64,000 nt of DNA, from assembly GCF_009914755.1 (NCBI RefSeq), contig NC_060925.1; one strand, 5' to 3'. Numbering within the stretch: position 1 is the first letter of the stretch; each line of letters opens with the position of its first letter. Made by a program: the position numbers and the translations under genes. Positions 16,172 to 29,073 of this stretch are shown one piece after another. Source of the DNA: the human T2T-CHM13v2.0 reference genome, Homo sapiens. The notes beneath the pieces are model-generated. The model was given only the letters and a program-made list of their open reading frames with translations, made no database searches and was not told where the DNA came from.

Positions 16172-19100
16172 GGGGGTGGAGCAAGATGGCAGAATAGAAG
16201 CCTATGCTTTTCCCTCTTACTAGAACAACAAATTTTAACAACTACCTACACACAGAAAAACAGCATTACAAAAACAAAAATTAAGGTGAACAATCACAGT
16301 ACCTCACTGTAACTTCATATCATGGTTTCATTGCCAGCTTAGCCACAGTAGAATAGAACATCAGGTACATGGCTAAGGTTTTAAGCATTTCTGGACATTC
16401 CCAGAGTGTGGGGGAACTCACCACCATGAAGGGAAGGGCCTTTGGCAAGGCAAGTGCTGTACTGGCTTCAGATCTGATGCACTGCAGTCCTCCTAGTGGT
16501 GGTCACAGAGGTGCTTGCATCAACACACCCTCAGTTCCAGGTGGCTCAGGACAGAGAGAGACAATCCACATGTTTGGGAGAGAGTAAGGGAAAAGAACAA
16601 AGGTCTCTGCCTGTTAATCCAGAGAATTCTTCCAGATCCTACCCAAGACCATCAAGGCAATACTTATATGAGTCTACAAAACCTGTAGCATTATTTGGCT
16701 TTGAGCCCACATCCCTTCAAATACCTGCAAAGCCTGCCCAAGGCTTGTTTGATAGGCACAAACAAGCTCAGACTGTGAAGACTACAATAAATATCTAACT
16801 CTTTAATGCCCAGAAACTGAAGAACATGTACAAGCATCAACAGCATCCAGAAAACACAACCTCACCAAATGAACTAAAGAAGGTAACAGGGACCAGTTCT
16901 AGAGAAATGGAGATATACAATATTTCAGATAGAGAATTCAAAATGGCTGTTTTTTGAAAAACTCAAATAAATTTAAGAGAACACAAATAAATTCAGAATT
17001 GTATCAGATAAATTTAACAAAGAGATTGAAATAATTAAAAGCAATCAAGCAGAAATTCTGGAGCTGAAAAATGCAATTGGCATAATGACGAATGCATTAG
17101 AGTTCTTTAATAGCTCAAACAAAAGAAAGAATTAGTGAGCTTGAAGACAGGCTGTTTGAAAATACATAATCCAAGGAGACAAAATAATATAAAACAATGA
17201 AGCACATCTACAGGATCTAGAAAATAGCCTCAAAAGAGCAAATCTAAGAGTTATTGGTCTTAAAGCGGAGGTAGAGAAAGAGATGGGGGTAGAAAGTTTA
17301 TTTAAAGGGATAAAAACAGAGAACTTGCCAAACCCAGAGAAAGATATCAATATCTAAGTACAAAAAGCTTATAGAAGACCAAGGAAGTGCAACCCAAAGA
17401 AGGCTACCTCAAGGCATTTAATAATCAAACAGCCAAAGATCAAGGATACAGAAAGGATCCTAAAAGCAAGCAAGAGAAAAGAAACAAATAACATACAATG
17501 GAGCTCCAATACATCTGGCAGCAGACTTTTTGGTGGAAACCTTACAGGCCAGGAGAGAAATATGACACACCTAAAGTGCTGAAGAAAAACAAACAAAACA
17601 ACAACAACAAGAAAAAACAAGAAACTTCTACCACAGAACTTTCTGTGGTAGAATAGTATATCTGGCAAAAATATCTTTTAAGCATGAGGAGAAATAAAGA
17701 CCTTTCCAGAAAAACAAAACCTGAGGGATTTCATCAACACCAGACTTGTCCTACAAGAAATGCTAAAGGGAGTTAATCAATCTGAAAGAAAAGGATGTTA
17801 GTCAGCAAGAAGAAATTATGTGAAAGGGCACAAACTCACTGGTAATAGCACACAGGAAAACACAGATTAGTATAACACTAATTGTGATGTGTAAACTTCT
17901 TTTTACAGGTAGAAAGACTATATGATGAACCCATAAAAAAAAAATACAACAACTTTTGAAGACATAGTACAATAAGAAAAAGCAAAACAACAAAACATTA
18001 AAAGTTGTGGAGATGCCATTAAAGTGTAGAGTTTTTATTAGTTTTCCTTTTGTGTCTTTGTTTATGCAATCAGTGTTAAGCTGTCATCGGTTTAAAATAA
18101 TGGGTTACAGGAGGCAGAAGATATATGCATCAAACACTGGAGGACTCAGATATATAAAGCAAACAGTAGTAGAACTTAAGAGAAAGATAGACACCAATAC
18201 AACAATAATGGGAGTCTTCAACACTGTACTTTCAGTATTAGATAGATCTCCTAGACAAAAAGTCAACAAAGAAACATTGGACTTAATCTTCACTATGGAT
18301 AAACCAGTATTATCCTGATAACAAAACCAGACAAAGAAACACCAAAACAACAACAATAGAAAAAGAACAAAACAAAACAAAACTACAGGCCAATGTCTCA
18401 GATGAATATTGATGTGGAAATCCTCAACAAAACACTAGAAAACCAAATTTAACAACACATTAAAAATATTCACCAAGACCAAGTGAGATTTATCTCAGGG
18501 ATGCAAGAATGATTCAATATATCCAAATCAAACAATGTGATGCATCATGTAAATAGAATAATGTACAAAATCTATATAATCATTTCAATTGATGTTGAAA
18601 AAGCATTGGATAAAGTTCAACATCCCTTAATAATAAAAACCCTAAAAAACCTGGGAATAGAAGGAACATACCGCAACATAATAAAAGCCATATACAACAG
18701 ACCCACAGATAGCATCATACTGAATGGGGAAAAATGAATGTCTTTCTTCTAAGATCTGGAACTCAATAAGGATCCCCACTTTTACCACTGTTATTCAACA
18801 TAGTACTGAAAGTCTTAGCTAGAGCAATCAGACAAGAGAAAAAAGTAAAGGACATAAAATTGGAATGGAAGAGGTCAAATTATTCTTGTTTGCAGATGAC
18901 ATGATCTTATATTTGGAAAATGCTAACGACTCCACCAGAAAACTATTAGAACTGATGAATTCAGTAAAGCTGTAGGATACAAAATCGGCATATTAAAAAT
19001 CAGAATTATTTCTATATGCCAACAATAAACACTCTCAAAAAGAAATGAAAAAGTAACTCCATTTAGAATAATCACAAATAAAATTAAGTACTTAGGAATT

Positions 19101-21012
19101 AAACGAAGAAGTGAAAGATCTCTATAATGAAAACTATGAAACACTGATGAAAGAAATTGGAGGACAGTATAAAATAGAAATATATTCCATGTTTATGAAT
19201 TGGATGAATCAGTATTGTTAAAAAGTCCATACTACCCAAAGCAATCTACAGATTCAGTGCAATCTCTATGAAAATATTAGGTTGGTGCAAAAAGAATTGC
19301 AGTCCTTGCCATTACCTTTAATATCAATGCTACTCTTTATAGACATAGAAAAACAATCTTAAAATTTATATGGAAACATGAAAGACCTAGAATAGCCAAA
19401 AGTATCCTGAGCAAAAGGAACAAAACTGGAGGAATTACATTAGCTGACTTCAGATTATACCACAGATCTAGAGGAACCAAAACAGCATGATATTGACATA
19501 AATGCAGACACATAGACTGATGGAACATAATGGAACACATGAGTAGAGAACACAGAAACAACCCACACGTGATCAGTGAACTCATTTTTGACAAACGTGC
19601 CAAAAACATAATTAGGTAAAAGACAGTCTTTTTAATCGATGGTGCAGGGAAAACTGGTTATCTGTATGCAGAACAATGAAACTTGATCCCTATCTCTCAC
19701 CTTATACAAAAATCAAATCAAAATGGATTAAAGACTTAAATCAAAGATCTCAAACTATGAAACTACTAAAGAAAACATTGGGGAAAACCTCCAGGACATT
19801 GGTCTGGGTAAAAATTTCTTGACTAATACCCCACAAGCTCAGGCAACCAAAGGAAAAATGGGTAAATGGGATCACATTAAGTTAACGAGCTCCTACACAG
19901 CAAAAGAAACAATCAGGAAATTAAAGAGAACATTCACAAAATGGGAGAAAATATTGCAAGCTACCTTTCTGACAGTCAATAACTAGAACATATAAGAAGC
20001 TCAAACAACTCTATGGGAAAAAATCTAATAACCCAATCAGAAAAGCTTTTAATTGACATTTCTCAAAAAAAGACGTAAATCGGAAAACAGTCATATGAAA
20101 AGATGCTCATCCTCACTGATTATCAGAGAGATGCAAATCAAAACTACAATGAGATATCATCCCACTGCAGTTAAAACGGCTTTTATTCAAAAGCCAGACA
20201 ATAGCAAATGCTGGTGAGGATGTTGAGAAAAGGGAACACTTATACAATATTGGTGGGAATGTAAATTAATACAACCACTGTGAAGAACAGTATGGAGGTT
20301 CCTCAGAAAACTAAAAATAGAGATCCCATACAATCCAGCAATCCCATTGCTGGGCATATATCCAAAAGAAAGGAAATCAGTATATCAAAGAGATATATCT
20401 GCACTCCCATATTTGTTGCAGCACTGCTCATGGTAGCCAAAATTTGAAAGCAGCTTAAGTGTCCATCAGTAGACGAAAGGATAAAGAGTATGTGGTATAC
20501 TCAATAGAGTACTATTCAGGGATAAAAAGAATGACATTCTGTCATTTGCAAAAACATGGATGGAACTAGAGGTTATTATGTTAACTGAAATAAGCCAGGC
20601 ACAGAAAGCAAAGATTGCATGTTCTCATTTGTGGGATCTAAAAATCAAAACAATTGAACTCATTGAGATAGAAAATAGAAGGATAGTTACTAGAGACTGA
20701 GAAGGGCAGTAGCGGGGTGCTGGAGGGAGGTGAGAATGGTTAATGGGTACAAAAACATTAGACAGTATGAATAAGATCTAGTATTTGATAGCACAACAGG
20801 GGGACTATAGTAAATAATAATTTAATTTCATAATTCAAAATAACTAAAAATGTATAATTGGACTGTTTGTAACACAAAGGACAAATACTCAAGGGGACAG
20901 ATACTCAGTTTTCCATGATGTGATTATTATGCATTGCATGCCTCTACCAAAATATCTCATGAACCCCACAAATATATACACCTACTATCTACACATACAA
21001 ATGAAATAAAAA
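16172..21012 (+). mobile_element. L1MA2-like element retaining both ends, internally deleted
   Basis: 5' ggggtggagcaagatggc, ORF1 remnants, RT motif tttgcagatgacatgatc (FADD) at about 18890, and L1MA2-type 3' UTR ttttccatgatgtgattatt. Confidence 0.88.
19277..19321 (+). mobile_element. Half MADE1 (Hsmar1 MITE)
   Basis: ttaggttggtgcaaaa...ttgccattacctttaa between TA duplications, inside L1 ORF2. Confidence 0.85.
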
Positions 21013-21195
21013 CTGAAATAATCATTAAATACATAAATGCAGATAGATAAAAGACAGAGTTTGGAAAAGTTATGTCAGGAGAATAAACCAAATAATAAAA
21101 AATGTGCAGGTCTATATTAATGTCTGATAAAGTAGACTTTAAGACAAGAATTATCACTGTAAATAAGAGAGACATTCTATTAAAATAATAAAGTC

Positions 21196-21412
21196 CGTCT
21201 GGAACGGTGGCTCACGCTTGTAATCCCAGCACTTTGGGAGGCTGAGGTGGGTGGTTCACAAGGTCAGGAGTTTGAGATCAGCCTGGCCAACATGGTGTAC
21301 TAAAAATACAAAACTTAGCCGGGCATGGTGGCAGGTGCCTGTAATGCCAGCTACTTGGGAGGCTGAGGCAGGAGGCTCTGCCTCTAAATAAATAAGTAAA
21401 TAAATAAATAAG
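21196..21412 (+). mobile_element. AluS (Sg-like) with two internal deletions
   Basis: Lacks aaaccccgtctc and most of the right arm. (TAAA)n tail. Confidence 0.9.
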
Positions 21413-21428
21413 TAGTCATAAAGAATTT

Positions 21429-21446
21429 TATTTTTTATTACTTCTT

Positions 21447-21493
<47 letters not shown>

Positions 21494-21776
21494 CTTATTT
21501 TTGAGACAGGATCTCACACTGTCTCCCAGGCTGCATGGCTCACTGCAGCCTCGACCTCCTGGGCTCAAGTAAACCTCTCACCTCAGCCTCCTGAGTAGCT
21601 GGAACGACAGGCACATACCACCATACCCAGCTAAACATTATTTTTATTTCTATGTTTTATAGAAACAGGGTTCCACTTTGTTGCACAGGCTGTTCTCCAA
21701 ATCTCAGGCTCAAGCTGTCACCCACCTTGTCCTCCCAACATACTGAGATTACAGTCATGAGTCACTGCAGTCAGCC
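21429..21776 (-). mobile_element. AluJ
   Basis: (TTTA)n tail and TSD aagaattt at 21421-21428 and 21777-21784. Confidence 0.92.
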
Positions 21777-23061
21777 AAGAATTTGGTTTGTATGTATGCA
21801 GTAAGATAGCTTTAAATCCACATGAAACAAATGCAGATAAACCAGATGGGGTAAATGAACAAATCCACAATCATGGTCAGATTTTTTACACTACTCTTTC
21901 AGTAGTTATCTTTTTACCCAAAAATGATTATTAAGAATATAGAATATTTGAAAAATATTATAAAACACTTTGAGTTTATTGACATAGATCTAACTTATAA
22001 CACACATATTTGTCAGGTGTGTACACTTAAGATATATCATACAGTAGGCAACAAAATACATTTTTATACAGTTCAAATTACAGACATATTATTAACTATA
22101 TTATCTGAATACAAAGAACTAAATAAGAAGTTAGTAATAATCTAGAAAATCTCCAGATAAATGAAAATTTTATAATAAACTGAAATAATCCATGTGTCAA
22201 GAAATCACTAAGAAAATATGAAAATATGTCGAAGTAAATATCAATAAAAATATAGCACATATCAAAGTTTTCAGAATATGGCTAATTGAAAACAGAGAGA
22301 GAAAGCTATATTACTACATTTCATATTTTAAAATATTTTAAATTATTTAAATTTCAACTGTTTGAAAGCTAAAACACAAAGCAAATTAAAACAAGTAAGT
22401 GGAAGGAAGAAAAAAATCCATTAGCTAGAATAAGAAGTTGAAATAAAATTAACAAAGGAGAAAGTTTTATTTGAAAAGATGAACAAAATTGATTAACTCC
22501 TGTCAAGACTGTTTATATTAGGAAAAGATTAGAAAAATACCTTTTATACACACCATCTAAAATAGTATCAAAAACTATAAAATTTTGAGTGACATACTTT
22601 TAGAAAGATGTGAAGAAAACCCTTTATATTGAAATGCATAAACAAGACTGAGATAAAATAAAGCACACCTCAGTAAATTAATATGGAATTTTTATGGATT
22701 TTATAATCAGTGTTGTAAAGATATCACTTTTTCTAAACTAACCTATAAATTAAAAGCCATACCAATAAACATGCTTAGTGTCTCTTTTTGCAAAAATTGA
22801 TGTTTTTTTCCCTAAAATATATCTATGCAAACCCAAAAAAAAAACTAGAAAAAAATTTGGAAAGTACAAACCATATTACTTCTATCCTTCCTATAAAGCT
22901 CTAATGAAGTATTTACTTGAGGATAAATAAATAAATCAATGGAGCTGAAAGGAAGCCTAGAAAAACAGACATGCACACATAACAGATGCATGCACACACA
23001 TACACATAATTGTTTTGACAATGGTGTCAAAAAAATGAAAGTCTTCAAAAAGTAATGGTGG

Positions 23062-23495
23062 ATTCAGTGCAATAGATTGCTAAAGCTTATTCCTCCTGTC
23101 TAGCTGCAACTGTGTACCCTCTGATGCACATCTTCTTTAACCATCCTCACCACCCAGCCTCAGCCTCTGATAACCATCATTCTTACCACTCTCAGGAGTT
23201 CAATTTATTTACATTCCACATACAGTAAGATCACAAAGTATTTGTTTTTCTATGCCTGGGTTGTTTCACTTAGCATAATGTCCTCAAGTTTATAGTGCAT
23301 TGTATATTTTTAAGTTGCTGAAAGACTAGATTTTGAATGTTCTCAGCACAAAAATTTTAAGTATGTGAGGTAATGGATATTTTAATTACCTTGATTGAAT
23401 TATTCCAAAAGGTAAACATGTATGGAAACATCACATAATATCCTATAAATATGTATAATTATTGATCGTCAATTAAAAATAAAATAAAATATTTT
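23062..23495 (+). mobile_element. 5'-inverted L1MA 3' fragment
   Basis: Antisense piece about 23062-23291, then sense 3' UTR with A-tail. Degenerate TSD aaagtaatggtgga / aaagtgatgctgaa. Confidence 0.8.
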
Positions 23496-24957
23496 TAAAG
23501 TGATGCTGAAACAATTGTATAAACTTAAATAAATAATCAAAAACTTCATATAACATGCAAAAATTAATTCAATGTGAATAGCAGATCTAAATGTAAAAAA
23601 AATACTGCTATAAATCTTTTTATAAAAAAGGAAAACATCAGTATATGTATTTTAACTTTGAATTGTACAAAGAATTTACTTGAAGAACAACAACAAAAAC
23701 CCATTAAGAGAACATTTAATAAATTAGACTATTTCAAAAATTTAAAATTTCTGCTTTTCAAAAGATACTGTTATGAATATTAAAAGACCAGGCACAAACT
23801 AGAAGAATATATTCATAATATAAATCTGTTAAAATGGATCTTACCCAGTGCATATCAAAAACTCTGCCAGTTAACAATAAAAATACAAACTACCTAGTCA
23901 AAAAAAAAAATGGGCAAAATGTTGAAACAGCCATTTTAGGAAAAAAGAAAAGAAAAAAAAGAAAGACGTATATATAGTCAACATCATTACTCTCAAGAAG
24001 TTGCAAATTAAAGCAACGATGAGATTTCTTCTGCATCACACTCACTAGAATGATTACAATTTAAAAGACTGCAGCAAATGTGAACTAAGTTGTAGAGCAG
24101 TTGGAACTACATTGCTGGTGAGTACCTACAGTAATAAAAACCACTTTGGAAAAATGTTTAACAGTTTCTTCGTAAAGGTTCATGTATATCTATCCTCTGA
24201 CTCCAAATTTCTACACCTAGACGTTTGCTCAAGACCAATAATATATGTCCACAGCAACACTTCTACAAGAATATTCCTGGCAATTTAAAACATAACACCC
24301 ACAACTTGAAGGAACCCAAAAGTCAATTAATAGGACAATGTATAAACAAATTGTGAAATACTCATACAAGTGGAAACTAAGCAAAGGAAGAAAGAACATT
24401 TATGCAGTCAACAAAAAGACGTTAAGGAGAAAAAGAAGCCATATATAAAATAACACAAAATGTATGATCCCTTTTTATGAAGTTCAAGAACATGCCAAAC
24501 AATATATGATAATATAAATCAGAATAATAATTTTTCATATTGTATGAGAATGGACTGGAAAGAGGCATAAGGGACCATTCTAAAGTGATGAAAATATTCT
24601 GTGTTGGTTAAGACATATGTTATATTTTTTACATGAAGGAACTTTCTGTCCAAACTCATGAAATTATATAATTATAATCCATAAATTCCACTATCTATTA
24701 ATTTTGTTTCTATTTTAAAAATGGGTATTTTCTGATTTCTTTTTTACATTAATTCCAGTATATCCTTTTAGTTCCCTCTCCAATATCCCTTTCCTTTGCT
24801 CTTCTAAAATCTATTTTTTTTATTATTTTTTGGTAGCACATTCTGGTTTACAGCAGTGTCACTTGAAAGACTAGAAGACAGTGTATTAAGCCAATTACAA
24901 TTTACTGTATTTCTTTTCCAGTGACTTAAAAATATTCTTCATTATTAATTAATGTTT

Positions 24958-25464
24958 ACTTAAAATGATATATCATAATTATCCATATTTATGGGGTACA
25001 GTTTGAGATTTCAATGCATGCATGCATTGCATAATGGTTAAATCAAGGAAATTACCATAGCCACTTTAAATATTTATCATTTCTTTGTCATGATAGCATT
25101 CAAAAGGTTCTTTTCCAGCTATCTTGAAATATATACTGCATTGTTATTTGCTATAGTCACCCAACTGTGTCATAAACACCCAAACTTCATATTCTTGTCT
25201 AACTGTAACTGTGTACCCATTGACCAGCATCGTCTGGTACCCCTCTTCAGCCTCTGGTAACAACTATTCTACTCTCTACTTTTATGAAATTATCTTTTGT
25301 AGATTCCACATATGCATAAGATAATGTGATATCTTCTTTCTGTGCCTAGCTTATTTCACTTAACATGATGTCCTCCACGTTCATACTTGTTACCACAACA
25401 CCTATGCCCATCTACAGTTGAATGAATAAAATACATATATATCTACATATATATATGGTGTGTG

Positions 25465-25500
<36 letters not shown>

Positions 25501-25551
25501 AGAATACTATTCAGCCATAAAACAGAATGAAACACTGTCATCCGTGACAAC
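24958..25551 (-). mobile_element. 5'-inverted L1MA 3' fragment
   Basis: 3' UTR on - (24958 to about 25399), inverted ORF2 end on + (about 25400-25551) with an internal (TA)n(CA)n. Degenerate TSD taattaatgttt / taatgactgttt. Confidence 0.8.
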
Positions 25552-26520
25552 TAATGACTGTTTTTTATATTGGTGGATATTTTAATTTTGTTAAGATGCT
25601 AAGTCAGTTGACAGTCCATTGGGAAAAAGTTCTCTTACTCTCAAGGGACATATAGTTTCATTTTTTTAAAAAATTGTCCTATTTGTATGAACTGGTATGT
25701 GTTTTGTGGCCATTAGTGATGCAAGACTTAAGAAAACCTAATAGCAAGGACAAAGTGGAAAGGTGGAAAAAAGCGGTCTTCTCTGATGCCATTTATTCAG
25801 CATATGAACCTATTCAGGGACCAATCTGTGGATAACTTTTTGGGTGAGAAATAAAAGTTACATATCATTAAAGCTACTTTAACTTGTTTTCTTCTTAACT
25901 TGCAGCCAAAAGTTTTCTTACTAAAATACCCATCCAGAAATTTTCCTTGTCAGGTTAAAAACCAATAGAACTAGAATTAAAAAAAAACTAAAAGGTAAAT
26001 AAATAGGTTGCCCCAAAACACAATGAAGAGGAAAATTGTATCACCAATGATTTGTCAAAAAATATAATATATATCAGTTAATGTAGTAGTCACAGTTATA
26101 ATTCAATTGTCAGAAACTTTGAAAAGTTGCTAAATCCCCTAGGGCAAAACATGATTTACTTGTTCCTGCATCCCCTGTATGACAAATAATTATAATATAT
26201 TGTAGTATATTCATCAATATTGTAAGAAACAAAAAAACAATTTTCAAAGTTCCACAATTCTCATGAAGATACACAATGTAACATCTTTTTTGATTGCCAT
26301 GTGATATTAACTTATTATATTTATTCTGAGTAAGCTAATATGTTTCCCAAGTAATTTGTTATTCACTAATGCTAAGTTCATTATCATATTTTATTACCAA
26401 CATTATTAACAAATAAATATTTACCAACACCACCCCATAATAACTTGACATGATAGAACTTTCATATCACAAAATATGTAGCTGAAGTCTAAAAATGTAT
26501 GAAAATAAATTGTATCAGAA

Positions 26521-27002
26521 TAATTCTTAATGATATACTAATTTAATCTATTTGTAAGAAGTTAGCTTTATAGAAAGAGCTCTCAATTATTCAGAGACCA
26601 AAACAATTTTTTCTTTCAAAAAGAACTGATTGGAAACTTACAAAATATTCACAGTAGAGTTTAGACAATGAATACAGAGTAGGCAGTTTCACTTTAATTT
26701 CTTCTGGTCAGTTTTGATTTTTAGCTCTCAGGCAAAGGTACCTAAGGTACCAACAGAATATTAATTCTTAATGATATACTAATTTAATCTATTTGTAAGA
26801 AGTTAGCTTTATAGAAAGAGCTCTCAATTATTCAGAGACCAAAACAATTTTTTCTTTCAAAAAGAACTGATTGGAAACTTACAAAATATTCACAGTAGAG
26901 TTTAGACAATGAATACAGAGTAGGCAGTTTCACTTTAATTTCTTCTGGTCAGTTTTGATTTTTAGCTCTCAGGCAAAGGTACCTAAGGTACCAACAGAAT
27001 AT
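26521..27002. repeat. Perfect direct tandem duplication, 2 x 241 bp
   Basis: 26521-26761 equals 26762-27002; I found no mismatch on line-by-line comparison. Confidence 0.97.
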
Positions 27003-27904
27003 TTAAACACCACAGAGAACCATTTTCACTTGTTTAAGGTCCTAATATGATTTATATTAGTTTTGTATTTTATAAAATCTTAAGATACATATTTAATGAT
27101 TACATTTTGTACAGTGTATTTTTTAAAAAAATTCAAAAATTACCTTAATAGATTACAAAAAAGTGTTATAGAAAGATCGTAAGAAAGTAGAATATTTGAA
27201 CCGAATATATTTTATTTGGGCTTGACACATTTTTTCAGTAAGTAAAAGACACCGAATGCTAAATCACTAACACATTATTACTAGGGCTGAGCAAATTAAC
27301 TTAGCCAATTGACCCTCCTGGAAATAAAATCCCTATTGAGGTCTATAAATGTTCTATTAATTTTCCTTTCATTACCTTTCCTTTCATTCACATACAACCT
27401 TGAAAACTTATGTGTTCAGAACAACTCTAAAAAGAAAACTGTAGAAAAAAACCACAAGAAGTGTTTTCTCTGTAGCTTACAAAAGTTCAGTTTTTAAGCT
27501 TTTTTTAACCTTCTGATACAAATTCAATTGAACAAGTCTGTTTAGTGTTTTTGTCCTGAAAAATGTAGCTTCCTATATTTATGTAGCTTTCTATATTTAT
27601 GTATTTCCATGATTTCCCAGAGCATAATTTTTTAACAATAAAGCATCGTTAAAATACTGATAGATTTTTCCTTTCTTCTGTCTGTGGGAGAGAGAGAGAT
27701 AGAGAGAGGGCGAGTGGGAGAGAGAAAGGAAAAATAAAGGACAGAATACAAAAAATCAAATATAAATTCATTTATCATATACTACAGATCAGCAGTGAAC
27801 TAATGTAACATATATTCTGTGAACCTATCTCATATTTAACATGAGAGCTTTACAATGCATCAAATAGGTCAATGTTTGGGTAGTTTTGGGGAGGTTTAGA
27901 ATCT

Positions 27905-28336
27905 TGTGGTACCTAACTGCATGATGTTATAAGAGATAACATCCCTATTGTAAATCTAAGATTCGCGCTAGAGATATTTTTAAGACCTTGTATTTGATGA
28001 ATCAGCTGGGCCACCCAATGGATAAACTGACTCATTTGGTCTCATGGTCCCCACCTACGAACTGACTCAGCTCAGTGAGACAGCATAGACTCTCTATGAT
28101 TTCATCTCCAACCTGACCAATCAGCTCTCTTTACTCCGTGGACCTGTACCCACCAAATTATTCTAAAAAAAACACCAGTCTCCGAATTTTCAGGGAGACT
28201 GATTTGATTAATAAACGCTGGTCTCCAGTTCAGCCAGCTCTGCATGAATTCAACTCTTTCTTTACTGCAATTCTTCTGTCTTGATAAACAGACTCAATCT
28301 GGATAGCAGGCAAAATGAACACGTTGGGTGGGTACA
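27905..28336 (+). mobile_element. LTR8-family LTR, 3' part (ERV1)
   Basis: gaactgactcagc...ccaatcagc...cagggagactgatttga...ctgtcttgataaa...gggtgggtaca. Confidence 0.8.
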
Positions 28337-28741
28337 TATTCAAGAAGAATGTTTGCATTTCAGCAAAATGATGGAATTACTTCCTCTAGATACTCAACAA
28401 ATAAGTTTATTTACAGCTTTGTCAGATTGCAATGTCTCTAAATTTAAGGATGATGAATATGATCTTTCCTCTAGAGGAAACATGAGCTTTACAATGAAAC
28501 ATTTCATGGTTGCCGAGGATATCCTTTTATAGTTCCATATGACTTGCATTTAGGTCAATGTATGGTATTTTAGGAGTGTTTCTAACACAGGGTTTGATAA
28601 AAGAATAAATTCCATGTAATACCCGTCAGCAGCTCTTTCATATTTGAATTATGTTGGGCATATGACAGGAAGATTGCAGTATTTTTAAAGTAAATAGTAT
28701 GTAAGAATTCCCACTAGCAGTTATTTTTAAAGCCACTTATA
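28337..28741 (-). pseudogene. Channel relic, repeat III, C-linker + CNBD (interrupted by LTR8)
   Basis: Phase-0 start YKWL*K*LLVGILTYYLL* (cf. VxxYYxxLW), then HMPNIIQ and KDILGNHEM + FIVK + HV at 28479-28508 (cf. GDxGxEMYFIxxGxV), then HFAEMQTF. A QNYP motif follows beyond the LTR at about 27870-27890. Confidence 0.68.
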
Positions 28742-28862
28742 CTTTCAAAGCACACGAATATAGATAATTATATCATAAAACCATAAAATCACACACTGAT
28801 TTTATGAAATCAATTATAGAAATGGCTTCAGATATAGTAAAGTCTTTGATTTAAAAAAATAC

Positions 28863-29001
28863 CTGGATAATTAATCTGTAAACTTCTGTTGTTTTCTGAA
28901 ATGATTTACGAGTGTCTTAGACCTTGAGAATTTATTTAATTTTTCTCTATTTTGTCAAGACTGTTGTAAGATTTAGACAAAGTAATGTTTGTGTAGACAA
29001 T
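28863..29001 (-). pseudogene. Channel relic, repeat III, 139-nt S6/C-linker exon
   Basis: Acceptor ttttactgttttaag and donor CAG|GTATTT. Reads ILKV*DTRKSFQKTTEVYRLIIQ (cf. LxNxDxxRxxFQxKxxxxxxYM) and ends in phase 0. Confidence 0.6.
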
Positions 29002-29073
29002 CTTAAAACAGTAAAATATATACAAGTAAAAAGTATTATTATTACTACCGTAAAGAATGAGTTTATTACTCAC

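Larger units (their letters stand above)
15700..24720 (+). mobile_element. Ancient L1M (L1ME-like) host element with nested insertions
   Basis: The ORF2 endonuclease start at about 16050-16170 resumes at about 21020 (atattaatgtctgataaagtagactttaag), continues 21785-23060, and ends with the 3' region 23500-24720. Confidence 0.72.
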
